A stretch of DNA of 64,000 nucleotides from Candidatus Micrarchaeota archaeon (GCA_040754495.1 JBFMCO010000022.1:1-64000); one strand, 5' to 3'. Shown: positions 53,001 through 61,048, numbered from the stretch's first letter. The notes: generated from the sequence alone by a model not told the origin. Numbers and translations are program-made.

Positions 53001-54890
53001 GCATCGCAGCCTGGCGAGCTCCAGGTTGATCGTCTTCTCGCCCTCGGCACCCCTGAGGGCACGGTGGACCTTGCTCAGGCTCCGGTTCTTGAACGAGCCG
53101 GTCGGGAAGAGGACGTGCGGCGAGCCGTCCATCTTCCTTTCCTTTGCCTTCTCCGGCCTGCCCATGCGCGCTCCTATATAAGTAGGAGCCTTGGCCTTGA
53201 TGCGTATCTGGGAGGCCGCGTTCACGATTTCGAGCGCGCCCTTTGCGGCATCGTATGCCGCTTCGAAGCGGGAGAGGTCTATGCGGCCATCCGAAAGCGC
53301 CCCCAGCGAAGAGAGGAGCGCGTACGCGTCGTCGCCGTCAAGGATGACATTCCCGTCGTGCACCCTGTGCTCCGCGAGGAGCTCCTCCAGGGCCCTTTTC
53401 GCAGGCGATGGCGGAAGGACGAGCGAGCGGAGCCTGCCATCGTGCATCTCCAGCTTCCCGCCCTTGAGCCAGTCCGCCAGGGATTTGAGCTGGTCCGGCG
53501 ACAGGTCGTGCCAGTGGAATGTGTAGCGCGGATGTAGAGGCACGCCATGCGTCCGCGAGAATGCAAAAAGCCCCGGCGCGTCCATGGCGGCAGGAGGCTG
53601 GACTCCCTTGGATTCGAGCTCGCGCTCCCACCACTCTTCGCAGTAGCCGGATGGCATGAGGGGGTGGTTGGACTTGTGGAAATCGCCGTACGTGCAGAGC
53701 AGGTCGCCCAGGAAAAGGATTTCTTCCACCTCGTCCTTGATGCCGTACGACTCCTCCAGCGTCCGCACCTTCATCACGCGCCCGCTTTTGAGCTTCACGA
53801 CCGGCGGCTCGAGCCCCTCGTGCGCCGCGACCACGCAGCCCTTCCCGGGGCGCTCTATCTTCATGTGAGTCCCGTAGGCCAGGAAGTTGTCGAGCAGTAT
53901 CATCGTGGCAGGATGGACGTCCTTGCCCATGAGGCAGGTGGTCTTGCTCCTGCCGTAGCGCAACCGGAACCCGCCCTTGGCCGAAGGGTGGCTGAAGACC
54001 GGCCTCCCCGCTACAAGCCCTTCCATGTAGGTCCAGTCCGGCTTCACCTCGACCTTGTCCGCCTTTTTCTTTATCTTGATGATTTTCTCGAGCCAGTCCC
54101 AGCCCAGCTTGAGCTTCTTGGCGTATTTGAGGAGCTTGGCGGCCTTCGCTGCCACGCCCTCGCACATGACGAGGGGCACGCCGCCGCGCACGCGGTCCGT
54201 CTCCACTCCCGGCACCCCGCGGTAGGTCGAGACCTCGATTTCCTCGGTCGGGTCGCCGTCTATGCAGACCGGGCAGTTGGATGCTATCACGCGCACGTCG
54301 TCCTCCGGCGGCATGTACTGGAGGTGGGTTACGCGCGTCTCGTATGTCGTTACCTCCTCGTAGTATCTTGCAATCTGGGAGTCCGTGGCGCGGTAGTCCC
54401 CCACGCTGCATACGCGGCGCGCGATGTCGGCAAGCACCAGGCTGAGGGCGGCCGCAGTGCCTCCTGCGCTCCGGATGGGGCCCGCATAATAGACCGCCAC
54501 GTAGTCGCTCCCGTCCGGGTTGCGCTTTATCCTCACTTTCGCTATGCCCTCGGTCGGGGCGACCAGGACGCCCTCGGTGAGTATGCCGAGGCCCGTCCTC
54601 ACCGCCTGTTCGATGAGAAGCTCCTTGGACGCCTTCATCAGCTCGCCGCCGGCGATTTTGCGTGCGATTTCGAACGCGATGTCCTCGCGGCCCATGCCAC
54701 CTTTTTCCATGTCCCGGATGAGATCTGCCACTCCGGGGGGGCCGACGATACCCTCCACGCGGGCGGCGATGTCCTTGGCTATCTTGACTTCTATGTCGTC
54801 GCTCGGGTCATAGCCGAGCCTCCTTGCCTCTGAGGCGACGGCGTATGCCTTCTGCAGCCCCTCGCGGAGCGTCTCCACATACTCTCCCAT
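50010..54890 (-). CDS. polC: DNA polymerase D large subunit DP2, intein-containing
   Basis: YYAGPIRSAGGT, GGFRLRYGR, IGARMGRPEKAKERKM, KRRN|CDGDED, RGGTMDAPL, HFIPDLYGNLR. Confidence 0.97.
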   Translation of the reverse strand: MGEYVETLREGLQKAYAVASEARRLGYDPSDDIEVKIAKDIAARVEGIVGPPGVADLIRDMEKGGMGREDIAFEIARKIAGGELMKASKELLIEQAVRTGLGILTEGVLVAPTEGIAKVRIKRNPDGSDYVAVYYAGPIRSAGGTAAALSLVLADIARRVCSVGDYRATDSQIARYYEEVTTYETRVTHLQYMPPEDDVRVIASNCPVCIDGDPTEEIEVSTYRGVPGVETDRVRGGVPLVMCEGVAAKAAKLLKYAKKLKLGWDWLEKIIKIKKKADKVEVKPDWTYMEGLVAGRPVFSHPSAKGGFRLRYGRSKTTCLMGKDVHPATMILLDNFLAYGTHMKIERPGKGCVVAAHEGLEPPVVKLKSGRVMKVRTLEESYGIKDEVEEILFLGDLLCTYGDFHKSNHPLMPSGYCEEWWERELESKGVQPPAAMDAPGLFAFSRTHGVPLHPRYTFHWHDLSPDQLKSLADWLKGGKLEMHDGRLRSLVLPPSPAKRALEELLAEHRVHDGNVILDGDDAYALLSSLGALSDGRIDLSRFEAAYDAAKGALEIVNAASQIRIKAKAPTYIGARMGRPEKAKERKMDGSPHVLFPTGSFKNRSLSKVHRALRGAEGEKTINLELARLRCEKCRRLGYYRRCDVCGGRAAEERICQKCGRICEYEIHCEMKTLSYDRRPVDIMELFERVKDRVGSSPEDVKGVKGLSNTIRIPERLEKGFLRAKHDVYVFRDGTSRFDATDIPLTHFTPDEVGISLDRARALGYAVDYLGKPLESGSQTLALRHQDIVLSENGAAYFMRVADFIDDMLINLYGMKPFYNVKSKDDLIGHLAVGLSPHTSAGVLCRIVGFNKANVGYGHPYFHTAKRRNCFHPATEIIIFDEHEKKYIKRALGDVTEEMFAKYPDRVKRLDAYTEKVEVPGTLYSFGIDLQSHKTIRKKIKCFIRAKAPDKWIKLTTTTHREITVTPDHNILCLNKGALSAVQAKDMTEGSDLPVCIKFNPHTIDDSRVLNLAKALSPLKKEEKEAIILRSKDFFKKIFYNHRDLLLRILPLNKIERRTPSRWYGRVPLSHFEILVEEGVCNFEDLPMDAKIAMKRDNLGLPVRIPIDEDLMLILGYFVSEGYARRSPSCYQVSFRVCNKIMQNRLIAAIKSVFMTNPYLGENGTQITMCSRIIHLLFDKVLKTGSNAYTKRVPNLVFSLPDRLVKSFISAYFDGDGSVIATPPRMHFYSVSQNLLEDFGTLLLRFGIFCRYGKTKPRLPGKKVLERYKELGKTPRLLSQRFISLYGTDLYAFANICAPSVKHKAERMSELRRNGLSSDARFIKYQNKLFTVVPQSDYIFDKVRSIEKFTDGVPAYCLDVEGQSLEEKNVLLNNQVFTIRCDGDEDCVMLLMDALINFSRRFLDEKRGGTMDAPLVLSIEINPKEVDDEAHCIEIVSRYPLEFYEAAERFAPPGEVKLKTVKDVLGTDEQYELPITHPGGTLDVGNIRTAYVELQSIPDKIDIQFRLQGRLRPVDRRDAAERLILSHFIPDLYGNLRSFSRQTFRCVSCNTIFRRVPLAGKCARCGGNLLLTINKGGIEKYLEISRDICDRYDLPSYLKQRLVLVEREIKSIFEDDKVKQMGLSDFL
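50754..52286 (-). mobile_element. 511-aa LAGLIDADG intein in DP2
   Basis: Inserted between KRRN and CDGDED; starts CFHP; blocks LGYFVSEG and ISAYFDGDG; AT-rich; ends NNQVFTIR. Confidence 0.92.
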
Positions 54891-54977
54891 CAGTCCGCCC
54901 TGGAAAATTCGAATACCAATTTAAACATGAGCAAATTAAATAACTCTGCTCTTCCGGCAGAGGCCGGAGGCTCTTTC

Positions 54978-55192
54978 GCCGAGGTAGCTCAGTCGGCTAG
55001 AGTGCTCGACTCATAGGTAAAGTCCGATGAGTGATGAGGTCTGAGACCGATGATATTAGCGCACTCAACTGAGACATCGAGAGGTCGGGGATTCGAAACG
55101 GTCTCCTGCAGCCCGCATCCGGCATCCAGAACCCGAAACGGCTGGTTGCTGGCGACTGGTTGCTGGAAACCGCGAACCTTCCCCCCTCGGCA
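54978..55192 (+). tRNA. tRNA-Met(CAT) elongator with two introns (37/38 at 55016-55075; 59/60 at 55098-55178)
   Basis: GCCGAGG/CCTCGGC acceptor, CTCGA-CTCATA|A-TCGAG arm, GGGGA-TTCGAA|T-TCCCC; both junctions have 4-bp central helices with 3-nt bulges. Confidence 0.92.
55016..55075 (+). ncRNA. Possible intron-encoded C/D box guide RNA
   Basis: CGATGA...CTGA-gacc-GATGA...CTGA box arrangement within the tRNA-Met intron. Confidence 0.45.
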
Positions 55193-55337
55193 TTTTTCCA
55201 CTGGTTTACAGTTTCCGGTCCCGGGTTTTCACTTGGGAAAAATGCCGGCCCTTGGAGCCGCAGCTCCAAGCGGACGGCAAGCAAAACATATATACGCTTT
55301 TTCTCCGATTGACATCCCGCGACCAAAAGGTGAGACT

Positions 55338-55577
55338 ATGGAACTTCGGAAATGCGAAAGCTGCGGCATGGCTATGGTAAGGCTCTCTGACTTCGGCGGC
55401 ATGAAGAACGACAACAGGTACTGCAAGCACTGCGCTTACGACAACGGCGACCTGCGCCCCAGGCACGAGGTGCGCGAGGGGATGATACTCTACTACATGA
55501 AGACCAAGGGGAAGGACCGCAGGAGCGCGGAGGAGTACGTTGACGAAGTGATGGCCGGCCAGCCCGCCTGGCAGTAG
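55338..55577 (+). CDS. Putative zinc-ribbon protein
   Basis: CESCGM...YCKHC and C-terminal PAW; AAGGTGA ribosome site. Confidence 0.8.
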   Translation: MELRKCESCGMAMVRLSDFGGMKNDNRYCKHCAYDNGDLRPRHEVREGMILYYMKTKGKDRRSAEEYVDEVMAGQPAWQ

Positions 55578-55666
55578 TGGCAGAGAGAAAAGTTTTCTGT
55601 CGCAAGGATTCCGGCGTGAAAACAACCATTTATAATTTGTTGATGCGTTTAGCGTAAGGGATTCCC

Positions 55667-55840
55667 ATGACAGACGAAATCAAATTCCCGGCTCCTGAGG
55701 GCGGATTGGCCGTGCCGGCCGAGGTGCTTTCGGAAGCCCAGAAAATAAAGAAAGGCATCTGCCCTTCGTGCGACGGCAGCCTCGTCTTCCAGGAAGGCTG
55801 CAAGGTCTGCTATTCCTGCGGCTGGGGCGGCTGCGAGTAA
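55667..55840 (+). CDS. 57-aa zinc-ribbon protein resembling the class II ribonucleotide reductase C-terminus (not in the ORF track)
   Basis: Manually translated MTDEIKF...CPSCDGSLVFQEGCKVCYSCGWGGCE*. Confidence 0.75.
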   Translation: MTDEIKFPAPEGGLAVPAEVLSEAQKIKKGICPSCDGSLVFQEGCKVCYSCGWGGCE

Positions 55841-55904
55841 TTCTTGAAAAATCCCTTCGGGATTTTTATTGTTTTCCCTGCTATCCAGTTCCGATGGTGA
55901 TTGC

Positions 55905-56198
55905 ATGGGGCTCAAGGAACTGAAGCCGGACATAGTGAAGGCGTATTTCGATTTCAGCAAGCTCGTCGACAAGACTGACAAGCTCAGCCAGAAGGAGAAG
56001 GAGCTGATAGCGGTCGGCGTCTCGCATGCACTGCTTTGCAGCTTCTGCATAGAGGACCATGTGCAGAAGGCCAGGGTAGCTGGCGCGACTGAAGAGGAGA
56101 TTGCCGAGGCGATACTGGTAGCCGCGAAGGTAAGGGCAGGCTCCGCGCTTACATACGCCCAGAAATATGCCTTCAGGAACGAGCCGCCCAAAGGCTAA
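55905..56198 (+). CDS. Carboxymuconolactone decarboxylase/AhpD-family protein
   Basis: KEKELIAVGVS...CSFCIEDH...GATEEEIAE. Confidence 0.88.
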   Translation: MGLKELKPDIVKAYFDFSKLVDKTDKLSQKEKELIAVGVSHALLCSFCIEDHVQKARVAGATEEEIAEAILVAAKVRAGSALTYAQKYAFRNEPPKG

Positions 56199-56228
56199 TT
56201 AATCCCTTTTACCAAGTATTTTTTCATT

Positions 56229-56397
56229 GGGCTCGTAGCTCAGCATCTTGAGGGAAAAGCGCCTAACAATGGGTTTTGGCCCAGCTTTTCCCAAAAGCTG
56301 GAAGCAGAGCACTCGCCTTGCAGTTTCCTCGAAACCGGAAACGGGAAACAGGAGACCGGAACGCGAGGGGCCGGGGGTGCGAGTCCCCCCGAGTCCA
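56229..56397 (+). tRNA. tRNA-Ala(TGC) with two introns (D-loop 56247-56302; 37/38 at 56323-56361)
   Basis: GGGCTCG/CGAGTCC acceptor with G3:U70 Ala determinant, A73, CTCGC-CTTGCA|C-GCGAG arm; atypical T-loop TGCGAGT. Confidence 0.85.
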
Positions 56398-56467
56398 TTT
56401 TCTCATTTTGAACCATATGGAAACACTTAAAAAGCGTAATATACACAATACCCCTAGAGTGGTACTT

Positions 56468-57169
56468 ATGAAGCTTGTTCACGAGCAGGACCGCAAGAAG
56501 GACGAGGACAAGGGCATCCCGAAGGGGAAGGCGCCGCTTCTCGAGGAGATAGGCGGCACCGGGGGATTTTCCAGGAAGGGCTTTGTTCTGGCGGCAGCCG
56601 CTGCAGCCATTATCGCGGGCAAGTCCGGCTGCACTTACGAAATCGGCGGCGTGCCCGTCCCTGAAGAGGAGGACGGGGGCAACGATGCCGGAGGGGCGGA
56701 TGCCGATGTAGACGGAGGCGAGGTCACCGACGGCGGGCATGACGAGGACGCGGGCATGGACGGCGGTCCGGACGCGGATGTCGACGGCGGAGAGACGGAT
56801 GGCGGCGTCACGGACGGCGGAGAGACCGACGGTGGCGTAGAAGACGGCGGGACCGATGGCGGCGCTGATGCCGGCGGCCCGCTCTGCGCGGGAGTATACA
56901 ACGAAGTTGTCGTCAACGGACCTTTCGACAGGAACGTTGATACGGAAGTCGGCGGGTACTACTTCAGATACCTGTCCTACACGACGACCACGGTCACGAT
57001 GGACATCCGCTGCGGCTCGGACAGCTCGTTGGTCGAGGCCGCCCATGTGTTCACTGTCGGCGTGGAGGGCACGATAAACGTCCCTGCCGACAGCAAGAGG
57101 ATACGCGTCACCGTGAACAGCAAGAACACGTTCACCGCGAACTGCGATGTAACGGTGGAGAACCTGTAG
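56468..57169 (+). CDS. Exported/lipoprotein-like protein with DGG-repeat stalk (paralog 1)
   Basis: Hydrophobic segment ending SGC, (D/T)DGG repeats, Cys-containing beta-rich C-domain. Confidence 0.8.
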   Translation: MKLVHEQDRKKDEDKGIPKGKAPLLEEIGGTGGFSRKGFVLAAAAAAIIAGKSGCTYEIGGVPVPEEEDGGNDAGGADADVDGGEVTDGGHDEDAGMDGGPDADVDGGETDGGVTDGGETDGGVEDGGTDGGADAGGPLCAGVYNEVVVNGPFDRNVDTEVGGYYFRYLSYTTTTVTMDIRCGSDSSLVEAAHVFTVGVEGTINVPADSKRIRVTVNSKNTFTANCDVTVENL

Positions 57170-57178
57170 GGTGATTTA

Positions 57179-57772
57179 TTGAGATTGCAGCCCCGGAATG
57201 AGGAACACAAGGAAGAAAAGAAGGAAGGATTCGCGAGAGAGCCCCTTCTCGAGAGGGCAGGGAAGAAGGCGGGAATAGCCCTCCTCGCAGCCGGACTTGC
57301 CGCAGGCTGCACGTATCAGAGCAGCAGCCTCCCCAGTGGTGATGGCGGAACTGACGCCCACCAGGATGCCGGCATGGACGGCGGCGCCGATGCAGGACCG
57401 GACCTCGATGCGGGACCGGATTCCGGTCTTCCGGATGCGGGAACGGATGCAGGTTTCGATGCCGGCACGGACGGCGGAGGGCCGCTGTGCGTAGGCGTCT
57501 TCAACGAGGCAGTGGTCAATGGGGCCTTCGACAAGAACGTGCCGAGGGCCGTGGGCGGATACAGCTTCAATTACACGGCTTACACCACGAGCACAATCAC
57601 CATGGACATCCGCTGCGGCTCGGACAGCTCGGGCGTAGCGCTCGGCCAGGTCTTCACTGTCGGAGTCGAGGCCGTAATAGACGTCCCTGCCGACAGCAAG
57701 AGGATACGCGTCACCGTGAACAGCAAGAACACGTTCACCGCGAACTGCGATGTGACCGTGGAAAACCTCTAG
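57179..57772 (+). CDS. Exported/lipoprotein-like protein with DAG/DGG-repeat stalk (paralog 2)
   Basis: LAAGC, DAG repeats, C-domain nearly identical to paralog 1; TTG start after AGGGTGA. Confidence 0.8.
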   Translation: MRLQPRNEEHKEEKKEGFAREPLLERAGKKAGIALLAAGLAAGCTYQSSSLPSGDGGTDAHQDAGMDGGADAGPDLDAGPDSGLPDAGTDAGFDAGTDGGGPLCVGVFNEAVVNGAFDKNVPRAVGGYSFNYTAYTTSTITMDIRCGSDSSGVALGQVFTVGVEAVIDVPADSKRIRVTVNSKNTFTANCDVTVENL

Positions 57773-57882
57773 CCTACCCTTATCCCTTTATTCTTATCGC
57801 TCCATGCTTCTTATGCGGTCATGATGAGAAGAGGTATTCCTGAATGATGATGGGACGTCAGAGCTGAACCGCACAGATTTCC

Positions 57883-58407
57883 ATGGAGAAGAAGGCAGAG
57901 GGGATTGTAGAGATCGTTTCGGCAGCAGCCATCGCCGGAGCTGTCCTTTATTTCTCGAGCGACATATCGGCCCTCGGCTCCTATGGGTATGCCGGGGCAT
58001 TCCTCATAGCGATGCTCAGTTCGGCCACGATAATATTCCCTGCGCCAGGCTGGGCTGCGGTGGTGGCCCTCAGCGGCACCCTGGACCCCCTTCTTCTTGG
58101 CATAGTGGTGGGGGCGGGCTCCGCCATCGGCGAGATTACGGGCTACCTTGCCGGCGACGGCGTGCGGGACATCATGAACAGCCGGCTGAAGGAGGCCAGG
58201 AAGTTCGAGGATTTCGTGAAAAAATACGGAATCATGGCGATAGCCGTGCTAGCGTTCATACCCAACCCCCTATTCGACATAGCCGGGATTATAGCAGGCG
58301 GGCTGAGGATACCGTGGTGGAAGTACCTACTCTCATGCGCTGCAGGCCGGATAATCAGGTATGTGCTCCTTGCTTACATCGGGGCGTTCACGATAGGCCT
58401 GCTCTAG
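57883..58407 (+). CDS. VTT/DedA (SNARE-associated) membrane protein
   Basis: GSAIGEITGYLAG, FIPNPLFDIAGIIAG, AAGRIIR. Confidence 0.9.
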   Translation: MEKKAEGIVEIVSAAAIAGAVLYFSSDISALGSYGYAGAFLIAMLSSATIIFPAPGWAAVVALSGTLDPLLLGIVVGAGSAIGEITGYLAGDGVRDIMNSRLKEARKFEDFVKKYGIMAIAVLAFIPNPLFDIAGIIAGGLRIPWWKYLLSCAAGRIIRYVLLAYIGAFTIGLL

Positions 58408-58527
58408 CCTGATGGGAACGTATATAAAGAGGGAAAAACATAATTATCTGCTTAAAAAAGGGACAAAGTTCGCAAGAAATCTGTTTCTGCGGCCCTTTTT
58501 GATACAAAATTACAGGGAGGTGGGGAG

Positions 58528-58983
58528 ATGAAGATGGGGGCAATAGACCTGGATATCCTGCGGGAGCTGCGCGAGAACTCAGACAGGCCGGTGCGGGAGC
58601 TTGCCAAGAAGATGGGATTGCACCCGAACACCCTGCTGCAGCACATAAGGAAGATGGAGAGCAGCGGCATCATCGTGAAGTATACGGCAGAGATAGACTA
58701 CACCAAGCTCGGCTACGACCTGCAGGCTCTTGTGATGATAAAGGTCGGCAAGGAGGTCCGGAGCGACTGGAAGGTTCTCGATGAGCTGCGCGCGTTCAAG
58801 GACGTCTCGGCGCTCTATGCGATAACCGGGGGCTACGACCTTTGCGCCATCGTGAAGACGAAGAACAGGGAAACGCTCGCAAACCTGCTCTCCGAGATAA
58901 ACAAGAGGCCGTACGTGGTCGAGACGAACACGACGCTCATGCTCCACGCTTTCAAGCACGCGTACGAGTTCAACCCGCTCTGA
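58528..58983 (+). CDS. Lrp/AsnC-family transcriptional regulator
   Basis: IDLDILRELRENSDRP HTH, YAITGGYDL RAM domain. Confidence 0.9.
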   Translation: MKMGAIDLDILRELRENSDRPVRELAKKMGLHPNTLLQHIRKMESSGIIVKYTAEIDYTKLGYDLQALVMIKVGKEVRSDWKVLDELRAFKDVSALYAITGGYDLCAIVKTKNRETLANLLSEINKRPYVVETNTTLMLHAFKHAYEFNPL

Positions 58984-58986
58984 GGC

Positions 58987-59922
58987 TCAGTCCTTGTGGA
59001 ATACCATGCCATACATGTCATGGTATTCGTCTATCCTCTTCCGCATCAGCGTGGCAGGCACATAGTGGAATCCGGTGAGCTGGAAGATGGAGCTGATTTC
59101 AGGAATCTGGAGGACGGTGACGGCGATGCGTATAAGCCTGGCCAGCTTCTGGACTTCATTGTCATCCGGATGGAGGTCCGTCCTGACGACAAGGGGCGAC
59201 TCCTCGATGGAAATGAGCCTGCCTCCAGGGGGGAGCGTGTTGAAAAGCATGCTGGCGACGTTGCATTTCTCATCCGAGCCCCTGATCCAGTGCATGACGT
59301 AAGACAGGATGGCGGTCCTTACTTCCCCGCCGTCCTCCACCTCGCGGAGGTCCTTTGCGTCCCTGCACTCGAAGCGGACACGCAAGAGCTCCAGCTCCCG
59401 CACCATCAGCTGCATTTTCCGCCCGTCGTCGGAGTCAACGATGTGGAGCGATGCGGGGTGGATGCCCGGGGATACGAAAGGCATGGACTCGATGAGCCTC
59501 TGCATCGCATTCCTCACGTTGGCCCGTGCCAGGCCGAGCATCACTTCCGACATGTCCAGCAGTATGAACTTGAGGGGGAGCTTCGGCACCTGGAGCAGGC
59601 TGTCCTGTGTGGAGAGGACTTCTGCGGACATGCTCACCATGAGGTTAGCGGAAAGGACGCCGGTGCCGCATCCCAGTTCCGCAATCGGGCCGGCCGAATG
59701 CCCTTCGGCGACATAGTTCCTGAGAATCTCGAGCGCAATCGGGTGGTGGCTTTCGCGCATCCATTCATCGTAGCGCGGCGCGAACCTTTCCGTAGCCCGG
59801 AGCACGGTTGCCAGGGTCGGCGGTTTCATGAGACGGGCGTCCGGCGAGCGGCTTATGATAAGCGGCATCGGCCTTCCTGAAGCCATAGAATTGCCGCCTG
59901 CGTCCCCTCCCATTATACCCAC
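58987..59922 (-). CDS. Class I SAM-dependent methyltransferase
   Basis: IAELGCGTG, LDMSEVML, LSYVMHW, LPPGGRL. Confidence 0.82.
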   Translation of the reverse strand: MGIMGGDAGGNSMASGRPMPLIISRSPDARLMKPPTLATVLRATERFAPRYDEWMRESHHPIALEILRNYVAEGHSAGPIAELGCGTGVLSANLMVSMSAEVLSTQDSLLQVPKLPLKFILLDMSEVMLGLARANVRNAMQRLIESMPFVSPGIHPASLHIVDSDDGRKMQLMVRELELLRVRFECRDAKDLREVEDGGEVRTAILSYVMHWIRGSDEKCNVASMLFNTLPPGGRLISIEESPLVVRTDLHPDDNEVQKLARLIRIAVTVLQIPEISSIFQLTGFHYVPATLMRKRIDEYHDMYGMVFHKD

Positions 59923-59962
59923 AGGGATATATGTTCTACCATTTATTTAAAAAGGCTTCCGC

Positions 59963-60919
59963 TCAGGAGGGTTTCTTGAAGCAGAGGCAGCGCATCTCGC
60001 CCCAGTAATCCGGAGGCAGGCCCGGGCCGCGGAGCACCTCGGCCAGGCGGACCACTTCCACCCGCGTCTCGGCCGCGGCCTGCATGTCGGTCTCGGCCAC
60101 CCGGGCTATCCACTTGTCCCTCACCCAGCCGGAAACATCCTCGCTCATGTCGAGCGGGCGGCTTATGAATGCCAGGAGCTTGGCGCCTTCGGAGCCGACG
60201 ACGCCGTAGGGAAGGGGCAGCCATGGGTAGACGTCCATAATTATGAACCGCCCGCCGTCCCTCAGGAGGTCGAACGCATTCGTCATCACGGCCCCCCTGC
60301 TCGCCAGCGTCTGGAAAGAGCCCCACCAGAGGACTATGTCGAACATGGCCGGCTTCACCACCGGGCTTTCCCGGACGAGGCCCTCCATGGAGAGGTCGAT
60401 TGACGCCATCGTGACGGCCTTCCCGTCCGGCCTGATGAACTCCGCCAGGTTCGACCTCGCTATTAGGTTCAGCTCGGGCGACACCTCGTTGGCGAATACG
60501 CGCAGGCCCGAGTTAGCGGTGTGGAGGAGATAGCGCGACACCATCCCGGTGCCGCAGGTGGCATCAAGGATGAGTTTCGCGTGGTTGATGTCAGGCACGA
60601 GGGACCGGAGCTTCATCCAGTTGACCGCGATAGCGGTATACTGGCCCGTCAAATCCATGAAGACGTCGAGGGAGCTCCCGCCGCCCTCGTGCGGGCGGGC
60701 CAGATACCCGCCCGTGGTAACCCGGACGGCCCCGAAGCCTCTTTCGCGCAGGACTTCATCTTCGTGCTGGCTTCCGTTTCCGAAAAGCGCGGGTGATTCT
60801 TCCACAAGCGGGGCAGCGCCGCCGCCTGCGCGGCGCAGGCCGGAGATGGGGACGCTCCGCTCGCCCTGGACTACGAACACGCGCTGGGGCTTCCTGAAAC
60901 GTTCCGGCATATCACCCAC
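59963..60919 (-). CDS. Class I SAM-dependent methyltransferase
   Basis: ILDATCGTG, NEVSPEL, FDIV, LRDGGRFI. Confidence 0.82.
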   Translation of the reverse strand: MGDMPERFRKPQRVFVVQGERSVPISGLRRAGGGAAPLVEESPALFGNGSQHEDEVLRERGFGAVRVTTGGYLARPHEGGGSSLDVFMDLTGQYTAIAVNWMKLRSLVPDINHAKLILDATCGTGMVSRYLLHTANSGLRVFANEVSPELNLIARSNLAEFIRPDGKAVTMASIDLSMEGLVRESPVVKPAMFDIVLWWGSFQTLASRGAVMTNAFDLLRDGGRFIIMDVYPWLPLPYGVVGSEGAKLLAFISRPLDMSEDVSGWVRDKWIARVAETDMQAAAETRVEVVRLAEVLRGPGLPPDYWGEMRCLCFKKPS

Positions 60920-61048
60920 TCGGGACTTTATTAGACTGGAAAGGTATTTAAGTTATTATATATGTCGCGTCTTGGATAATAACGCGTTGCACCCGGAAAA
61001 CAGAACTCGGGCCCGGGGCACTGAACCGGAAACCGGCTGCCGGGGGCT

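Noticed and set aside
7842-54833. Long antisense or alternate-frame ORFs (e.g. 8069-9469, 9812-10855, 15510-16505, 22482-24176, 37899-39974, 53547-54833)
   Set aside because: They shadow well-identified genes, have no motifs, and are expected from high-GC third-codon bias
2525-56467. Long N-terminal extensions in the ORF track (GH to 2773, FGE from 43246, cysS to 49168, 55050 start, 56276 start)
   Set aside because: They overlap other genes or tRNAs; downstream ATGs give canonical N-termini
56870-57772. Duplicated C-terminal regions as a DGR TR/VR pair
   Set aside because: Differences near the 3' end are synonymous and not adenine-specific; both copies are in intact paralogs
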